Shown here piece by piece: positions 49,973 to 59,102 of a stretch of 64,000 nt of DNA; within the stretch, counting starts at the first letter, position 1, and each line of letters opens with the position of its first letter. The stretch is from Candidatus Fermentibacterota bacterium (lineage in GTDB: Bacteria > Fermentibacterota > Fermentibacteria > Fermentibacterales > JCC-6). The stretch spans positions 38,881 to 102,880 of the forward strand of contig JAUVIR010000001.1 of NCBI GenBank assembly GCA_030592645.1, in the 5' to 3' direction. A program made the translations under genes and the position numbers. A model generated the notes under the pieces. That model was given only the letters and a program-made list of their open reading frames with translations. It searched no databases and was not told the DNA's origin.

Positions 49973-51277
49973 ATGACCAGAAATATCGTAATAGCGGGCG
50001 CAGGTGTTTCCGGCCTGACTCTGGCCGAAAGACTTACTTCGACCGGAGAAGATGTATCTGTCACCGTAATTGAAAAAGAAAGTTGTCCAGGCGGACTTGC
50101 AAGAACTTTTCAGCGAGATGGATTTCTTTTTGATATAGGTCCCCATCGTTTCCACACATCAGATACTGATGTCAATAATTACCTGCTTGAGATACTTGGT
50201 GATGATCATGTGACCATTAACAGGTTAAGCAATGTTTATATGGCGGGAAAATACCGCAGCTGGCCGCTTACATTGAAATCGGTCGCGGGGCTTCCTTTGC
50301 CGGTACTGCTCAGGAGCTTTCTCGACCTGTTCCGCAATAAATCCCAAGTGAAGGATCCCACTTTTGCAGACTACGTTATATCCAAGTACGGCAAGAATAT
50401 ATACAACTACTTCTTCCGCGGATATACGGAAAAGTTCACAGGATGCAGTGCAGACATGCTGCATATCGACTGGGCTGAAGCTGGAGTGAACAGGGCTGTA
50501 ATAGATAAAAATGTGAAGGCAGATGATCTCTTTTCACTTCTGAAGAGTGTTCTTATCCCTAAGCCGGTATCAACTACCTTCTATTACCCCTCATACGGCG
50601 GAATCCAGACTTTCTGCGCTAAACAGACCCAGAGGATTCAGAACAACGGCGGCAGAATACTCTACGGCTGTGAGGCCCTGGGTATTGAAACCGAAAGCGG
50701 GAAGGTTTCAGGTGTTAGAACAGCTGATTCGGGTGTCATCCCTGCCGATCACGTATACTGGTCAGCTCCGGTATCCATTCTCTTTCCGGATGCCGGTTTT
50801 CAATTCATGGATACCCTTCTGTGCAACATCGCTCTTTCGAAACTTCAGAATAATAACTATCAGTGGTGTTACTTCGGACAGGAAGACATTCTCTTCAGCA
50901 GGCTCACTGTGCCGCGCAATTTCAGATCCGACACGGTTCGGGATAATGCGGACAGTCTGATAGTTGAAATAACACTTAACGATCCGGAACATAGAGATAA
51001 TCCGGAAGTTCTGAATGACAGACTCATCCAGCAGCTGGAAAGCGTGGATGCCCTCCAGGCCTCGGATATCATCTTCATGGACTGGAAGCTGGTATCCTAT
51101 ACCTATCCTCTTTACGACCTGGATTACAGAAAGAGGTTATCCGATCTGGTACTGCCCGAAGGTCTTCAGCTTACGGGCAGATGCGGTTCATTCTGGTACA
51201 ACAATATGGATCACTCTATTGGGGAAGCCCTGGCCATATCTTCAGGGCGGACTTTCTCAAAGGAATTCTGGAAATAG
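49973..51277 (+). CDS. FAD/NAD(P)-binding amine-oxidase/protoporphyrinogen-oxidase-like oxidoreductase.
   Basis: 'IVIAGAGVSGLTLAERL' is a GxGxxG motif and 'GGLARTF...GPHRF' is typical of the flavin amine-oxidase superfamily. Confidence 0.7.
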   Translation: MTRNIVIAGAGVSGLTLAERLTSTGEDVSVTVIEKESCPGGLARTFQRDGFLFDIGPHRFHTSDTDVNNYLLEILGDDHVTINRLSNVYMAGKYRSWPLTLKSVAGLPLPVLLRSFLDLFRNKSQVKDPTFADYVISKYGKNIYNYFFRGYTEKFTGCSADMLHIDWAEAGVNRAVIDKNVKADDLFSLLKSVLIPKPVSTTFYYPSYGGIQTFCAKQTQRIQNNGGRILYGCEALGIETESGKVSGVRTADSGVIPADHVYWSAPVSILFPDAGFQFMDTLLCNIALSKLQNNNYQWCYFGQEDILFSRLTVPRNFRSDTVRDNADSLIVEITLNDPEHRDNPEVLNDRLIQQLESVDALQASDIIFMDWKLVSYTYPLYDLDYRKRLSDLVLPEGLQLTGRCGSFWYNNMDHSIGEALAISSGRTFSKEFWK

Positions 51278-51307
51278 TACGGATAGATAAATGAAAGCCG
51301 GGTTATC

Positions 51308-52072
51308 ATGAAAATTGCTCTGATGAAGGAAGTCAGCATTAACATAAGTGATTGTGAAATCAGTACTATCACCAGGGCACCCATTGATCATGATATCGCA
51401 ATGGAACAGCACAGAAACTATGCGGATACAGTCCGTAAACTCGGATACAAGATTCACATGATGAAAGCTGATGATCTTCCGGATTCTGTGTTTATTGAAG
51501 ATACAGCGGTAGTTCTTGATGAAATAGCTGTAATCACTAATCCCGGAGCTTCTTCACGAAGAGCCGAAACACAAGCTGTTGCCGAAGCCCTGCATATATA
51601 CAGAGAGCTTGCGTATATCAAACCCACAGGAACTCTCGATGGAGGCGATGTTCTCCAGATAGGCAGGACATTGTATGTTGGAAAATCATGCAGAAGCAGC
51701 GCAGTCGGTATCTCCCAGTTGCGTGAAATACTGAAACCATTCGGTTACGAGGTGATAAGCGTACCGGTTCAGGGCTGCCTTCACCTCAAGTCTGCTGTAT
51801 CACTTGTTGCAGGGAATACACTTCTTCTTAACCCTTCCTGGGTAAGTCCGGACCGCTTCGAGGATATCGGGAATATTGTTACTGTCGATCCTTCAGAACC
51901 GTACGGGGCAAACGCCCTGTTCCTTGATAATGGAACAGTCTATTCGACTGAATATCCTAAAACCCGGAGAAAACTTATCGATTGCGGCATCAATGTAGTA
52001 TCTCTGGATATATCGGAGCTCGCAAAGGCCGAGGGAGAGGTTACCTGCTGCAGTATCATCTTCGATTTCTGA
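51308..52072 (+). CDS. N(G),N(G)-dimethylarginine dimethylaminohydrolase-family enzyme (amidinotransferase superfamily).
   Basis: Collinear with Pseudomonas DDAH, 254 aa versus 254 aa. The segments 'DSVFIEDTAVV' and 'ITNPGASSRRAETQAV', the catalytic His in 'GCLHLKSAV', and the C-terminal catalytic Cys in 'GEVTCCSIIF'. Confidence 0.85.
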   Translation: MKIALMKEVSINISDCEISTITRAPIDHDIAMEQHRNYADTVRKLGYKIHMMKADDLPDSVFIEDTAVVLDEIAVITNPGASSRRAETQAVAEALHIYRELAYIKPTGTLDGGDVLQIGRTLYVGKSCRSSAVGISQLREILKPFGYEVISVPVQGCLHLKSAVSLVAGNTLLLNPSWVSPDRFEDIGNIVTVDPSEPYGANALFLDNGTVYSTEYPKTRRKLIDCGINVVSLDISELAKAEGEVTCCSIIFDF

Positions 52073-52127
52073 TACAGAAGTTCCATTGCTCTTTCGCTCT
52101 CTGTTAATTATATATTCTCTTGAAATG

Positions 52128-52278
52128 CTGGTCGCGGGGTGCAGGAAGGCGGTGTAAATCCGCCACGGTAGCGCCACTGTAACCGGGTACCAAACCCCAT
52201 TGATGCCACTGCCGAAAGGTGGGAAGGCGGGGAAAGGGATGATCCGGAAGTCAGGATATTGCACCGCGGCCTGAAGCA
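52128..52278 (+). promoter_or_regulatory. Cobalamin (AdoCbl) riboswitch in the leader of a TonB-dependent receptor gene.
   Basis: The sequence contains 'GGTGTAAATCCGCCACGG', 'GCGCCACTGTAACCGGG' and the B12 box 'GCCACTGCCGAAAGGTGGGAAGGCGG', plus a downstream 'GAAGTCAGGATA'. Together these match the conserved cobalamin-riboswitch core elements. Confidence 0.8.
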
Positions 52279-52365
52279 GGATTCCCGCATAAGGGATCGT
52301 GTTTCGGCCATGCCTCCGCGGCTATACAACAAGCTGCAGGAGGTTTTTCCATTTTACAGCTGCTT

Positions 52366-54297
52366 TTGCTCCTTATATCCGTATCACAGACTGATCTGAT
52401 CATAGCAGATACATCAGGTCGCACTCTCAATGGAGTCTCCGTCTGCATGGACAGCACTCTCATCGGTATTTCAGACTCAAATGGAGCAGTATCACTCCCG
52501 GATGGAACCGATTCTGTAGAAGTGAGAGCCATCGGGTACGAGACATGGGAGGGTGTAATACCATCCTCAGGCAATATCTTTCTGATACCAGTGCCTGTTC
52601 CCTCCGGGATGGTCATCTCGGTAACCGCTTCGCGCGGCGGCTTTCGAGATCTGTTTCCCGCAACAACAGTCCTGAGCAGAGATGATATGGAATACCTCGG
52701 CAGATCCGGCCTGAGGAGCCTGAGCAGAAGAAGCAGCGGCATCTATGTCCGTGAATACGGGGGCGCTATGCCGGTTATCTCCATCTCCATCAGAGGAAGC
52801 GATGTTGCTCATTCCGAGTACTATATCGACGGGCACGAAATAAGCAGTTCGATGGACTGTCTTCCTGGAATGACATTGGACCCTGTACTTTTCGGCGGGC
52901 TGGAAATATCAAGAGGAGGTGGGTCAGGGTTTCTAAAGGGCGGTATGGCAGGCACACTGAATTTCATTCCGGAATCCTCCGGTTTGCCTCCCAGGGCATC
53001 TCTGACCGCAGGTGATGATGAGTCAATCTCCCTTTCTGCTGGATTTACAGCCGGAATTAACAGGATTGCACTCAGTATCAGGAGGCTTGCAGGTATATCA
53101 GGATCCATAGCCCATGACGGAGCGCTTCTCATCAATGGAAATGCTCACCCTTTCAGTTACGGCTTCCTTGCAGCTCTCTCCGGAGGAGAAACGGAGAGCC
53201 CCGACTGGACCCTTCCTACCGATGGCGCACGAAAGAGATCCAGTCTTGACGCCTGGGGCAGGTGGAACCGTGGAAGTTTCAGGGTTAGCGCCGGTATGAG
53301 AACTGGAAGGCATGAGTATGCAAGCACTGAACCGTCCTGTGTGGATGACACCCATGACGAATCTGGAGGGGATCTGACAGTCGAATACAATCTGCCTTTA
53401 CTGCCGTTTAATCTTGGTTTATCCGCAGTCACATCTCTCGATATGGTACGAAGCACCTCCATAGGCGAAAGGGAGCGGCTTACAGGGGAAACTGCGGTGA
53501 GCGCCGGATACACTGATGTAATGTCAGTATCCGCATCGGCATCCCTTAATCTGGTCTCATCTGAGCGATCAATGTACGGAGTCGTACTGTCGGTGGGAGT
53601 GCCTGTGCTGGATTCCCTTCTATTGCTGCATACCTCCGCATCGACTGGTTTCAGGCGGCCATCGCTTAACGATCTCTACTGGCCTGAGGATAATTTCGCG
53701 CTGGGAAACCCTGATCTTCAGCCGGAGACCTCGGTCGAATTCGACTGCGGGGTCTCATTCAGCGCCATTGAGTGGCTCAGCTTCTCTGCAACAGCTTTTA
53801 TAGCGGAAACAGAAGATCTGATAAGGTGGGAGCCGGGGGGGAGCGGCAAATGGTCTCCCGTGAACATTTCAAGGGCACTGCGAAAAGGCATCGAAACGGA
53901 AGTATGGTTTTCAGGTGATCCCTTCGAAATAACAGGCACTCTTACTCTTCTGAATGTCACCGATAACTTCAGTGAGTCGGTGAACTACCATAAAACTCTT
54001 CCTTATACACCTGATTACACATTCGGTGTTCAGGCTGGACTGGAATATCCCCGCTGGGCACACTGGTCAGTGTCCACAAGCGGTATGGGCATAAGGTTCA
54101 AGAACTACAGCGAAACATCATGGATGCCCGCTTACATGCTCTTCTCAGCAGGTGTCGATCTGCTTCCCGAATTCCTGGGCAGTTTTTCTGTAAACGCATC
54201 AGTTGAGAATCTCCTCAACCAGGAGTACCAGGAAACCAGCGGGTACGAGGGAAAACCGAGAACTTTCTACTTTGGAATCAACTGGAACGGAAACTGA
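52366..54297 (+). CDS. TonB-dependent outer-membrane receptor (BtuB-like), with an N-terminal carboxypeptidase-regulatory-like domain and a plug domain. The start codon is uncertain.
   Basis: Plug-domain motifs 'VTASRGG...TVLSRDDME' and 'IRGS...YIDG', a long beta-barrel with alternating aromatic residues, and a C-terminal 'FYFGINW'. The track start is a TTG. The gene lies downstream of the riboswitch. Confidence 0.85.
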   Translation: MLLISVSQTDLIIADTSGRTLNGVSVCMDSTLIGISDSNGAVSLPDGTDSVEVRAIGYETWEGVIPSSGNIFLIPVPVPSGMVISVTASRGGFRDLFPATTVLSRDDMEYLGRSGLRSLSRRSSGIYVREYGGAMPVISISIRGSDVAHSEYYIDGHEISSSMDCLPGMTLDPVLFGGLEISRGGGSGFLKGGMAGTLNFIPESSGLPPRASLTAGDDESISLSAGFTAGINRIALSIRRLAGISGSIAHDGALLINGNAHPFSYGFLAALSGGETESPDWTLPTDGARKRSSLDAWGRWNRGSFRVSAGMRTGRHEYASTEPSCVDDTHDESGGDLTVEYNLPLLPFNLGLSAVTSLDMVRSTSIGERERLTGETAVSAGYTDVMSVSASASLNLVSSERSMYGVVLSVGVPVLDSLLLLHTSASTGFRRPSLNDLYWPEDNFALGNPDLQPETSVEFDCGVSFSAIEWLSFSATAFIAETEDLIRWEPGGSGKWSPVNISRALRKGIETEVWFSGDPFEITGTLTLLNVTDNFSESVNYHKTLPYTPDYTFGVQAGLEYPRWAHWSVSTSGMGIRFKNYSETSWMPAYMLFSAGVDLLPEFLGSFSVNASVENLLNQEYQETSGYEGKPRTFYFGINWNGN

Positions 54298-54308
54298 AAG
54301 GAAAAACG

Positions 54309-55319
54309 ATGAATAAATACCATCCAGGACTCATAACTCTCGTCTGTATATTACTGATAGGTCTTGTTGCGGCATCGTGCAACTCACCTGTTGAACCCGA
54401 TCCCCAACCCAATCCGGGGGGTATTGTGATCGCATGGTTCAACGGAAATGCTTATACAGTTGATCTCTACTTCCCCGAGAGCGATTCGCTGGTTACGGGC
54501 GCTTACAACACAGGTGAAATACCCAGTGATATTATCTCGCACGAAAAGGACAGAATAGCCGTACTGAACTCAACCTCAAGCACTGTTCAGGTTTTCGACG
54601 TGAATTCTACCGGCGGAGAACTCTTTCATATTGATCTTCCAACGGGTAGTAATCCGTACCAGATGTCCTGGGATGGCAATCATCTATGGGTTACACTGCT
54701 TCTAACAAGTCAGATAGCGAAAGTTGACCTCTCTTCAGGCGGTTCCGTATCGATTATTGATGTTAAGGCAAACCCGACTTCTATTTCATCTACAGGAAGC
54801 CTGGTACTTGTGGGACATGGGATGTCATATCCCGATCCTTCCGTAACCGGTGGAATAACAGTTCTCGATGCATCCACGGGAGATGTACTCGATTCAATTG
54901 CTACAGCTGATAACGTATGCTCCCTGAGATATTTCAGCAAAACAGGAATGGTGCATGCAATGACCTATTCCTATATAGGTGATGGACTTATATCAATTAT
55001 AAATCCTATCAGCATGGAGATACTCACTCAGGTCAACACCGGTGGATCACCAGGATACCCGATAGAAGCAGGTTCAGGCTTTGCCGCAGGGGACGGTTGG
55101 TCATCGGATGCCATCTTCTTCTACGATGAAGGAGGCACTCTCACGGATACCTGGAATACCGGAGTAAATGCCACCGGATTGGCCATAAGCGGGGATACCC
55201 TCTACTTTACTGATTTTGCTGAGAACATGGTTTATCTTGCAGATTGGACATCAAAGGTCATGCTCGATTCTCTTGCAGCAGGAGAGGGCCCGCAGGGGAT
55301 AGTTCGAATAGAAAGATAA
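54309..55319 (+). CDS. Surface or periplasmic lipoprotein with a predicted beta-propeller-like fold, co-transcribed with the B12-regulated receptor and possibly BtuG-like.
   Basis: Lipobox 'LLIGLVAASC'. Gly/Ser/Thr-rich repetitive beta-strand segments. It starts 12 nt after the TBDR stop. Confidence 0.4.
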   Translation: MNKYHPGLITLVCILLIGLVAASCNSPVEPDPQPNPGGIVIAWFNGNAYTVDLYFPESDSLVTGAYNTGEIPSDIISHEKDRIAVLNSTSSTVQVFDVNSTGGELFHIDLPTGSNPYQMSWDGNHLWVTLLLTSQIAKVDLSSGGSVSIIDVKANPTSISSTGSLVLVGHGMSYPDPSVTGGITVLDASTGDVLDSIATADNVCSLRYFSKTGMVHAMTYSYIGDGLISIINPISMEILTQVNTGGSPGYPIEAGSGFAAGDGWSSDAIFFYDEGGTLTDTWNTGVNATGLAISGDTLYFTDFAENMVYLADWTSKVMLDSLAAGEGPQGIVRIER

Positions 55320-55324
55320 GTTAT

Positions 55325-55399
55325 CGGGGTCGTATCTTGAATTTTGGCATTCCATTTGTTAAGACATTCACAAATGCCAAAATTAAAGATACGACCCCC
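55325..55399. repeat. A 26-bp near-perfect inverted repeat (25 of 26 bp paired) separated by a 21-nt loop, giving a long intergenic hairpin.
   Basis: The left arm 'GGGGTCGTATCTTGAATTTTGGCATT' (55326-55351) and the right arm 'AATGCCAAAATTAAAGATACGACCCC' (55373-55398) are reverse complements with one mismatch. Confidence 0.8.
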
Positions 55400-55463
55400 A
55401 GACATGCGTGACCGAAGCCTGATACTTTCGTATGATACTCATCCGATCATTCAGGGAGGTAGA

Positions 55464-57842
55464 ATGGCTGCTCTTTCATGTGACCTTCATGTTCATTCAA
55501 AGTACTCGAAGGAATCCGGACGATGGGCTCTCCGATCGCTCAAAGCCCCTGAGAGCTTCACGCCTCCGGAGCTGATATACGAACTTGCCCGGAAGCGCGG
55601 CATGGACTTCGTCACGATAACAGATATCAATACGATAGAAGGAGCTCTGAGTATATCTCACCTGCCGGGGACTTTCATAAGTGAAGAGATAAGAACATAT
55701 CTCCCGGGAAAAAGAACATCGATTCATATTCTTCTGTTCAATATCACTCCTGTTCAGCATGAGGAGATGATCGCCTTCAGAGATTCATTCCCGTCACTTA
55801 TGGAATATATTGAGGATCAGGGCATCATCCATTCACTCGCTCACCCTTTCTATTTCCCGGATACGGACCTGAATACCGATGAATTCGTAACCGTCGTAAA
55901 AAGGATCGGTCTGATCGAATCTCTTAACGGCACAAGATCAAAACTGGAGAATGAATCAGTTGTTCCAATTGCCAGGTCTATAAAAAGTGATCCTGATTTC
56001 ACCGGTTTCACCGGCGGGTCAGACGATCACTGCGGCAGATTCATGGGTCTGACCTTTACAGAGGTAGCTGATGCAGAAAACCTTGAAGACTATCTGAACC
56101 AGATAAGCCAGGGGAAAGGAATCCTCCGGGGCGAGCACGGCAACGCCATCCGCTCCGCCTATTCCGTCTATTCAATAGCGTATTCCTTCTACCGTGACAG
56201 GCTTACCGCAAAAAAAATACCAGCTATAGCCACAATGGCGGCAGATCGATTTTTCAGGCCATCCATATCTTCACATGAACCAACCATGTGGCATAAGGCG
56301 GATTTCCTTTTCCATCAGTTCATCAAGAAAGCCCGGAAATCCGGAAAACCGGGTTTTGAAACGATCTTCGCTGACCAGCTCATAGAGATCGGCAAGGATC
56401 TGAACCTTCGTTCAGGAAGCCCTGAACTGGAAGCTGAAGGTATTGACGAGCGTACATTTGAGATACTTAACAGGCTCAGTAACAGGTTATTCCAGCACTA
56501 TTCCTCACTGCTTGTTAAACGTATCATGGATGGAAGGCTTCTCGATGCCCTTGAAGCGATCACCGCTCTTATCCCGGTTATTCTTCTCAATGTTCCCTAT
56601 CCAATGGCCTATCTGAGCCGAAAGAAGGGGAGAGAGGCGGTAGAGAGCATTGCTTCTGTGGTTTCACCGGAAATCTCAGGAAGACTTATAAACCCTGACA
56701 AAAGGGTCTGGTTTACCGATACAATAGATGACCTTAACGGTGTTTCCAGAACGATTCAGAAATGCAGCCGCCTGGCTATGGATAGAGGTAGAGAGATGGC
56801 TGTGATAGCCTCGCAGAGCAGACCTCTTTCCTTTCCCGGATGGGTGGTCAATTTCCCCCCCATACGTGAATTCCCGGTACCGGATTATCATTCTAAACTT
56901 CTCTCAATTCCGCCTTTCCTTGAAGTACTGCGATTCGTGGAGGATGAAGGATTCGGCATGATGTATATATCCACACCCGGCCCTGTGGGTTTCGCGGCAC
57001 TTGGCATATCAAGACTACTGGGAATCCCTGTTGCAGGCATATACCACACTGATTACCCAAGGCATGTGAACCATATCGCCCAGGATGGCAAAATGGGGGA
57101 GCTCGCAGGAACGGCTGCCGCCTGGTTCTACAGTAATGTGGATATAGTTCTGGTTCCCAGCAGGTACTACATGGACGACCTGGAGAAAATGGGAATTTCA
57201 AAAAATAGAATGAAGCTCTTTCCGAGGGGAACGGACTGCAGCCTTTTCTCGCCTGACTGGAAATCGGATGAATTCATACTGAGATTCGGCGGAAATCCCG
57301 AATCCATGAAACTTCTTTATGCCGGGAGAATCTCCCGTGAGAAGGATCTTGATATCCTCGCAGAGGCCTTCATTATCGCCCGCAGTACAATGCCTGACCT
57401 CGAACTTTATATGGCAGGGGACGGGCCTTTTCGCGGAGATCTTGTCAATCAGCTCAGCGGAAGAGGGTGCTATTTCTGCGGAGTACTTCATGGAGAAGAT
57501 CTTTCCAGGGCATATGCGTCTTCGGATATATTCGTTTTTCCCAGTTCCACAGATACTTATGGAAACTCCGTCCTTGAAGCACAGGCTTCCGGGCTTCCCG
57601 CAGTGGTCAGCGATAGAGGAGGACCCCAGGAAATTATCGAAACCGGTAAAACTGGGCTTGTTTTCAAAAGTAACGATCCGCAATCCCTTGCCGATACTAT
57701 CCTTAAAATTGCCATGAACAAAGAGTTAAGGGATTCTATGGGCATAAATGCCAGGACAATGGCAATCGAGAGAACCTGGGAGAAGGCATTTGATGAACTC
57801 TGGAGCATTTCACCGGATAGATCTGAACAGGTGAAAGTCTAG
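55464..57842 (+). CDS. Bifunctional-architecture protein with an N-terminal PHP-family phosphoesterase domain fused to a C-terminal GT4 (GT-B) glycosyltransferase domain.
   Basis: PHP motifs 'CDLHVHSKYS', 'DFVTITDIN', 'HILLFN', 'SLAHPFY' and 'GGSDDHCG'. GT4 motifs 'LLYAGRISREKDL' and 'VLEAQASGLPAVVSDRGGPQEIIETGKTGLVF'. The longer track ORF starting at 55344 begins inside the hairpin repeat, so the Met at 55464 ('MAALSCDLHVHS') is preferred. Confidence 0.7.
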   Translation: MAALSCDLHVHSKYSKESGRWALRSLKAPESFTPPELIYELARKRGMDFVTITDINTIEGALSISHLPGTFISEEIRTYLPGKRTSIHILLFNITPVQHEEMIAFRDSFPSLMEYIEDQGIIHSLAHPFYFPDTDLNTDEFVTVVKRIGLIESLNGTRSKLENESVVPIARSIKSDPDFTGFTGGSDDHCGRFMGLTFTEVADAENLEDYLNQISQGKGILRGEHGNAIRSAYSVYSIAYSFYRDRLTAKKIPAIATMAADRFFRPSISSHEPTMWHKADFLFHQFIKKARKSGKPGFETIFADQLIEIGKDLNLRSGSPELEAEGIDERTFEILNRLSNRLFQHYSSLLVKRIMDGRLLDALEAITALIPVILLNVPYPMAYLSRKKGREAVESIASVVSPEISGRLINPDKRVWFTDTIDDLNGVSRTIQKCSRLAMDRGREMAVIASQSRPLSFPGWVVNFPPIREFPVPDYHSKLLSIPPFLEVLRFVEDEGFGMMYISTPGPVGFAALGISRLLGIPVAGIYHTDYPRHVNHIAQDGKMGELAGTAAAWFYSNVDIVLVPSRYYMDDLEKMGISKNRMKLFPRGTDCSLFSPDWKSDEFILRFGGNPESMKLLYAGRISREKDLDILAEAFIIARSTMPDLELYMAGDGPFRGDLVNQLSGRGCYFCGVLHGEDLSRAYASSDIFVFPSSTDTYGNSVLEAQASGLPAVVSDRGGPQEIIETGKTGLVFKSNDPQSLADTILKIAMNKELRDSMGINARTMAIERTWEKAFDELWSISPDRSEQVKV

Positions 57843-57845
57843 AGT

Positions 57846-59102
57846 ATGTCACTCTTGAGAATATCGAGGCGATACAACATACCGTTCGGAAAGATGAATC
57901 GATGGCACGGTTTCGCGTATTTTCTTTCCAGCAAAATCGCGGTTGCGCTCACTCTTTTTGTACTTGTCATGAGTATCGGTGTATCGGGCTTTCTTATCTT
58001 CACCACCCATCAATCAGGTATGCTTGACGATCAGCTCTTGAACACACTTCAGACTCTGAAAAATACTGAATCTCCAACTGCAGCTCAGCTCTCCGAGATA
58101 ACCGACATAGAAATGCAGCTGGATGAGAGTACTTTTGCTGGTGAAGTTCTTCTTTCCGGCTATATGACCGCTATAACCATCACAACAGTCGGGTTCGATG
58201 ATGTTATAAGGGAATATGCCTACGATTTCATGAATGAGAAATGGCGGAGAGCTTACAATATCTGGGTTACTGTGTTTGTGTTGATAGCATATATGGCTAT
58301 TCTTTATGTAAATGCTAATTTCGTTGCTTACCTTGTAGGAACACGCCTCGCGGAGAATATGAAAAGGCGTCTCCTTCTTAGAAACATATCCCGTTTGAAG
58401 GATCATTACATTGTATGCGGATGCACTGGAGCAGGAAGTGTTGTCATTTCGGAGTTCCTTCGAACCGGAATACCCGTTGTGGGTATTGATACTGGTGAAG
58501 AAGCGCCATTCAACCTGAGAAAAAGAAATGGCTTTCTCTATCTGACCCGGGACAGATCTGATGACGTTCTTTTCGAAGAGGCGGGAATAAACAGGGCCAG
58601 AGGGCTGGTATCTGTTCTGCAGGACGATAGTGATAACCTCTTTCTTACGCTTACTGCGCATCTTTTGAACAGCAACCTCAAAATAGTCAGCAGGGCAGCA
58701 GGACATGAGAATGAGGAGAAACTTGCGCTTGCAGGAGCGGACGTATCCTTCACACCGTCTATTGCAGTTGGGAAGAAACTTGTTGCGGGAATTCTCAACA
58801 GAGGAACCGTGGATTTCATGGAGAAGATGATAGACAGCGTTGACCAGAACTGCAGGATAGAAGAATACACCATCAGTTCAGACTCCCCCTCGATCGGGAA
58901 GACCCTCGGGGAGATCAACATCGGTCGGATAACCGGCATAAGTGTGTTTGCGGTAATGAAACAGAATGGTTCAATAGAATACAATCCTGGAGCTGACTAC
59001 ATCCTCGAACAGGCTGACGTTCTCCTCGCCATTGAAACGCCAGAGCAGCTGCAGCTGCTCAACAGACTGCTGCAGCGGCGTAAAAACAGGAAAATACTGT
59101 GA
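57846..59102 (+). CDS. Two-TM pore-loop cation channel with C-terminal RCK (TrkA-N plus TrkA-C) domains, MthK-like, carrying a non-canonical selectivity filter.
   Basis: TM1 'IAVALTLFVLVMSIGVSGFLIF'. A pore helix and filter 'AITITTVGFDDV', where 'TVGFDD' replaces the usual 'TVGYGD'. TM2 'IWVTVFVLIAYMAILYV'. A Rossmann segment 'YIVCGCTGAGSVV'. A TrkA-C region 'IEEYTISSDSPSIGKTLGEI'. Confidence 0.7.
   Translation: MSLLRISRRYNIPFGKMNRWHGFAYFLSSKIAVALTLFVLVMSIGVSGFLIFTTHQSGMLDDQLLNTLQTLKNTESPTAAQLSEITDIEMQLDESTFAGEVLLSGYMTAITITTVGFDDVIREYAYDFMNEKWRRAYNIWVTVFVLIAYMAILYVNANFVAYLVGTRLAENMKRRLLLRNISRLKDHYIVCGCTGAGSVVISEFLRTGIPVVGIDTGEEAPFNLRKRNGFLYLTRDRSDDVLFEEAGINRARGLVSVLQDDSDNLFLTLTAHLLNSNLKIVSRAAGHENEEKLALAGADVSFTPSIAVGKKLVAGILNRGTVDFMEKMIDSVDQNCRIEEYTISSDSPSIGKTLGEINIGRITGISVFAVMKQNGSIEYNPGADYILEQADVLLAIETPEQLQLLNRLLQRRKNRKIL

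Noticed and set aside
52251-52742. A 163-aa minus-strand ORF overlapping the riboswitch and the TBDR 5' end.
   Set aside because: It overlaps a confidently identified cis-regulatory RNA and a receptor gene on the opposite strand, and shows no family resemblance.
55344-55463. A longer N-terminal extension of the PHP-GT4 gene ('MAFHLLRHSQMPKLKIRPPDMRDRS...').
   Set aside because: The extension starts inside the 26-bp inverted-repeat hairpin and has no PHP-domain homology. The Met at 55464 precedes the canonical 'LHVHS' motif at the usual distance.
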